NCBI GenBank assembly: GCA_003696075.1
Contig: RFHH01000119.1
Coordinates: 10,873-74,872, forward strand
Direction: 5' to 3'
DNA length: 64,000 nt
DNA from: Acidobacteriota bacterium
Lineage (GTDB): Bacteria > Acidobacteriota > Polarisedimenticolia > J045
A program made the translations under genes and the position numbers. The notes beneath the pieces were generated by a model, which was not told where the DNA came from, made no database searches, and saw only the letters and a program-made list of their open reading frames with translations. Positions 62,253 to 64,000 of this stretch are shown one piece after another (the stretch's first letter is position 1; every line of letters begins with the position of its first letter).

Positions 62253-63051
62253 CGCCGAGCGGAGATTCGCCGAGCAGGCCCTTCGGATGGCCGCGACGGC
62301 GCGCCTGCTGGCGGAGGACCATCTCCGAAATCGGCGGCACCTGGTCGCGTTGCTGGTTCTGCTTCTCTTGTTCGCGCCCGTGTGGCTCGGCTACCTGTTC
62401 GCGGCCCCGGAAACGCGCCTGGAGGGACTGTTCAAGGCGCTCGACGGTTGGGCGTTCGTGACCGCCTTCTACCTCACCGGGGAAGCGGTGTCGCGCGAGG
62501 CGAGAACCGGGCGCTGGGCTCTGCTCCGCACCGCCGGCGTGCCTCCCGGGACCTTCTTCGTCACCGTGTCGTGCTTCTGGATCGCCGTCTTCCTCGGCCT
62601 GGCCTGGACGATGGGGGTGCTCCTGGGGGCCGCCCTGGGCGCGGGCACGGCGGCTCCCGCCGGCTCGCTGGCCATCGGGATCCTCGCCGCGCCGGTGCGG
62701 TATCTTCCGCTCGTCGCGCTCTGCCTCGCCTTGGGCGGCGTCCTTGCGGGGTGGCTGAACGTGGCGGCCTGTCTGGGACTGTTGCTCCTCGCCTTGGTGT
62801 TCGACTTTCTCGCCGACGTCGCGGGGTGGCCATCCGCTCCTGTCCGGATCATCGGCGGCCTCCTCTTCGCACGGCCGCTCCTCTCTCCCGCGGTCGGGGG
62901 CGCTCCCGTTCTGTACGCCGATTGGCCGTGGCGCCTCGCCCGCGCCGTGGCGGTTGCCATCGCCTATCTCGGCCTCGGGACGGCGGCGGTGAGATGGAAG
63001 ACCGGCGGCCGCGGACCGTTCCTACCGGCGCGAGGTCTCGGGAACGCTTGA
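62233..63051 (+). CDS. ABC-2-type permease
   Basis: About 6 TM; SREARTGRWALLRTAGV resembles the ABC-2 loop; overlaps the ATPase. Confidence 0.75.
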   Translation: MRSAVRDAERRFAEQALRMAATARLLAEDHLRNRRHLVALLVLLLLFAPVWLGYLFAAPETRLEGLFKALDGWAFVTAFYLTGEAVSREARTGRWALLRTAGVPPGTFFVTVSCFWIAVFLGLAWTMGVLLGAALGAGTAAPAGSLAIGILAAPVRYLPLVALCLALGGVLAGWLNVAACLGLLLLALVFDFLADVAGWPSAPVRIIGGLLFARPLLSPAVGGAPVLYADWPWRLARAVAVAIAYLGLGTAAVRWKTGGRGPFLPARGLGNA

Positions 63052-63313
63052 ACGCCCCCGGCGAAGAGCTGGGGCCCGGGGGTCCGGCTCGTGTCGAGCC
63101 GCCGTGCGCCGCCGGAGGGCTTCGCAACGAACCGATGGCCGGCGCCGCGCAATGGAGGCGAGGGCCGCGCGTGACAGGATCGGAACCGCTCCCCCGAGAC
63201 GGTTTCCCGGGGCGTTTCCGGGCGGGCCCGCAGCGGGGTGTGGCCGTTCGCAGGCATCCGCGGGCCGCGCGGCACGGGCTTCGCATGTCCCACGGGCACG
63301 GGGAGCGCTCGGC

Positions 63314-63766
63314 ATGAACGCGAACGGACGAGCCGGAACCGATCGCCCGGCTCCGCGCCCGGAGGCGGGAGGCGAAGACCGCGTTCTGGACAGGTGGCTA
63401 CGTCCAGGGACCACGGCCGGCACGGGCCGGGTCGCCTGGGCCCGGCTCGGGAACGAGGCCGCCGCGTTCCTCCGCCACCTTGCATGGCTGCGCCGGAGGC
63501 TCGCCGGCCCGGCGAAGTCCTCTCCCGTGCCACCGTCGCCGGCGCGCGCCGCCCGCGTTCGTTGCGACGGGTGCCGAAGGAGGTTCGCGACGTCCTGGGG
63601 CGTGGTCCGGGAGGCCCTGGTGGAGGGGGCCCCTCTCCACTGCGGGCATTGTGGCGACCGTCTCGAGGCGGTGACGATCGAGTGGAGGCCCGGAGAACTC
63701 GAGGAGATCCTGCGCTATCTGGCCGGGGGACACCCGGGGCCGGAAGGCCCCCGTGCCGGGCGCTGA
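63314..63766 (+). CDS. Hypothetical protein with CxxC...CxxC zinc ribbon
   Basis: RBS GGAG; VRCDGCRRRF...LHCGHCGDRL. Confidence 0.5.
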   Translation: MNANGRAGTDRPAPRPEAGGEDRVLDRWLRPGTTAGTGRVAWARLGNEAAAFLRHLAWLRRRLAGPAKSSPVPPSPARAARVRCDGCRRRFATSWGVVREALVEGAPLHCGHCGDRLEAVTIEWRPGELEEILRYLAGGHPGPEGPRAGR

Positions 63767-64000
63767 CTCCGCGGACGTTATCGACGGCGATCCACGCGCC
63801 GACCCGAGGCGGGATCTCGGCGGAGCCGGGGGCTGCCGGCCCGCTCCGCGATCGCCGCCCCTGACCGGACGGGACGATTCCGCTTCGGGGAGCGGCCCAC
63901 CCACCGCCATCGCCGAGGGGCGAAACGAGGCGTAACCCACTAGAAATTAGCGGCTTGCAGAAACCGGCCGCGCGAAGGCCGCCCGTCCCGTATCTTGACC

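Overview
This is a 64 kb, gene-dense bacterial chromosomal segment with very high GC (roughly 70% by eye). The gene mix suggests Acidobacteriota, but that is inference only. It holds about 52 protein genes and one tRNA-Gly(GCC). I saw no rRNA, CRISPR array, transposase or integrase. Housekeeping content: proteostasis and proteolysis (Lon, Hsp20, ClpB, CbpA-type DnaJ, LonC-like, S9, tricorn S41, rhomboid, M50, M23), RNA modification (DusB, TrmJ, RluA family), a stand-alone divergent EF-G, thiolase/Hbd/HMG-CoA lyase, pyrF, a GH57 branching enzyme, gmd-fcl and a desaturase. Highlights: (1) a three-gene coupled operon encoding a secreted ELWxxDGT-repeat protein with a C-terminal dockerin plus two cohesin-like lipoproteins, a candidate non-cellulosomal cohesin-dockerin surface-display system; (2) two selenoproteins that the ORF track truncates at in-frame TGA codons, a CUAEP-tail radical SAM enzyme (clustered with an ATP-grasp ligase, NfuA and a ferredoxin) and a Sec-peroxiredoxin fused to a CPFC glutaredoxin, both followed by SECIS-like hairpins sharing GCGGUCC; (3) a signal-peptide precursor with a 10-Cys C-terminal peptide followed by an ABC-2 transporter, resembling the halocin C8 bacteriocin architecture. 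Smaller oddities include a likely ATA start codon, a YExxH zincin, a degenerate molybdopterin-oxidoreductase fold, DnaA-box-like motifs and leaderless genes. All calls come from reading motifs by eye; no database searches were run.
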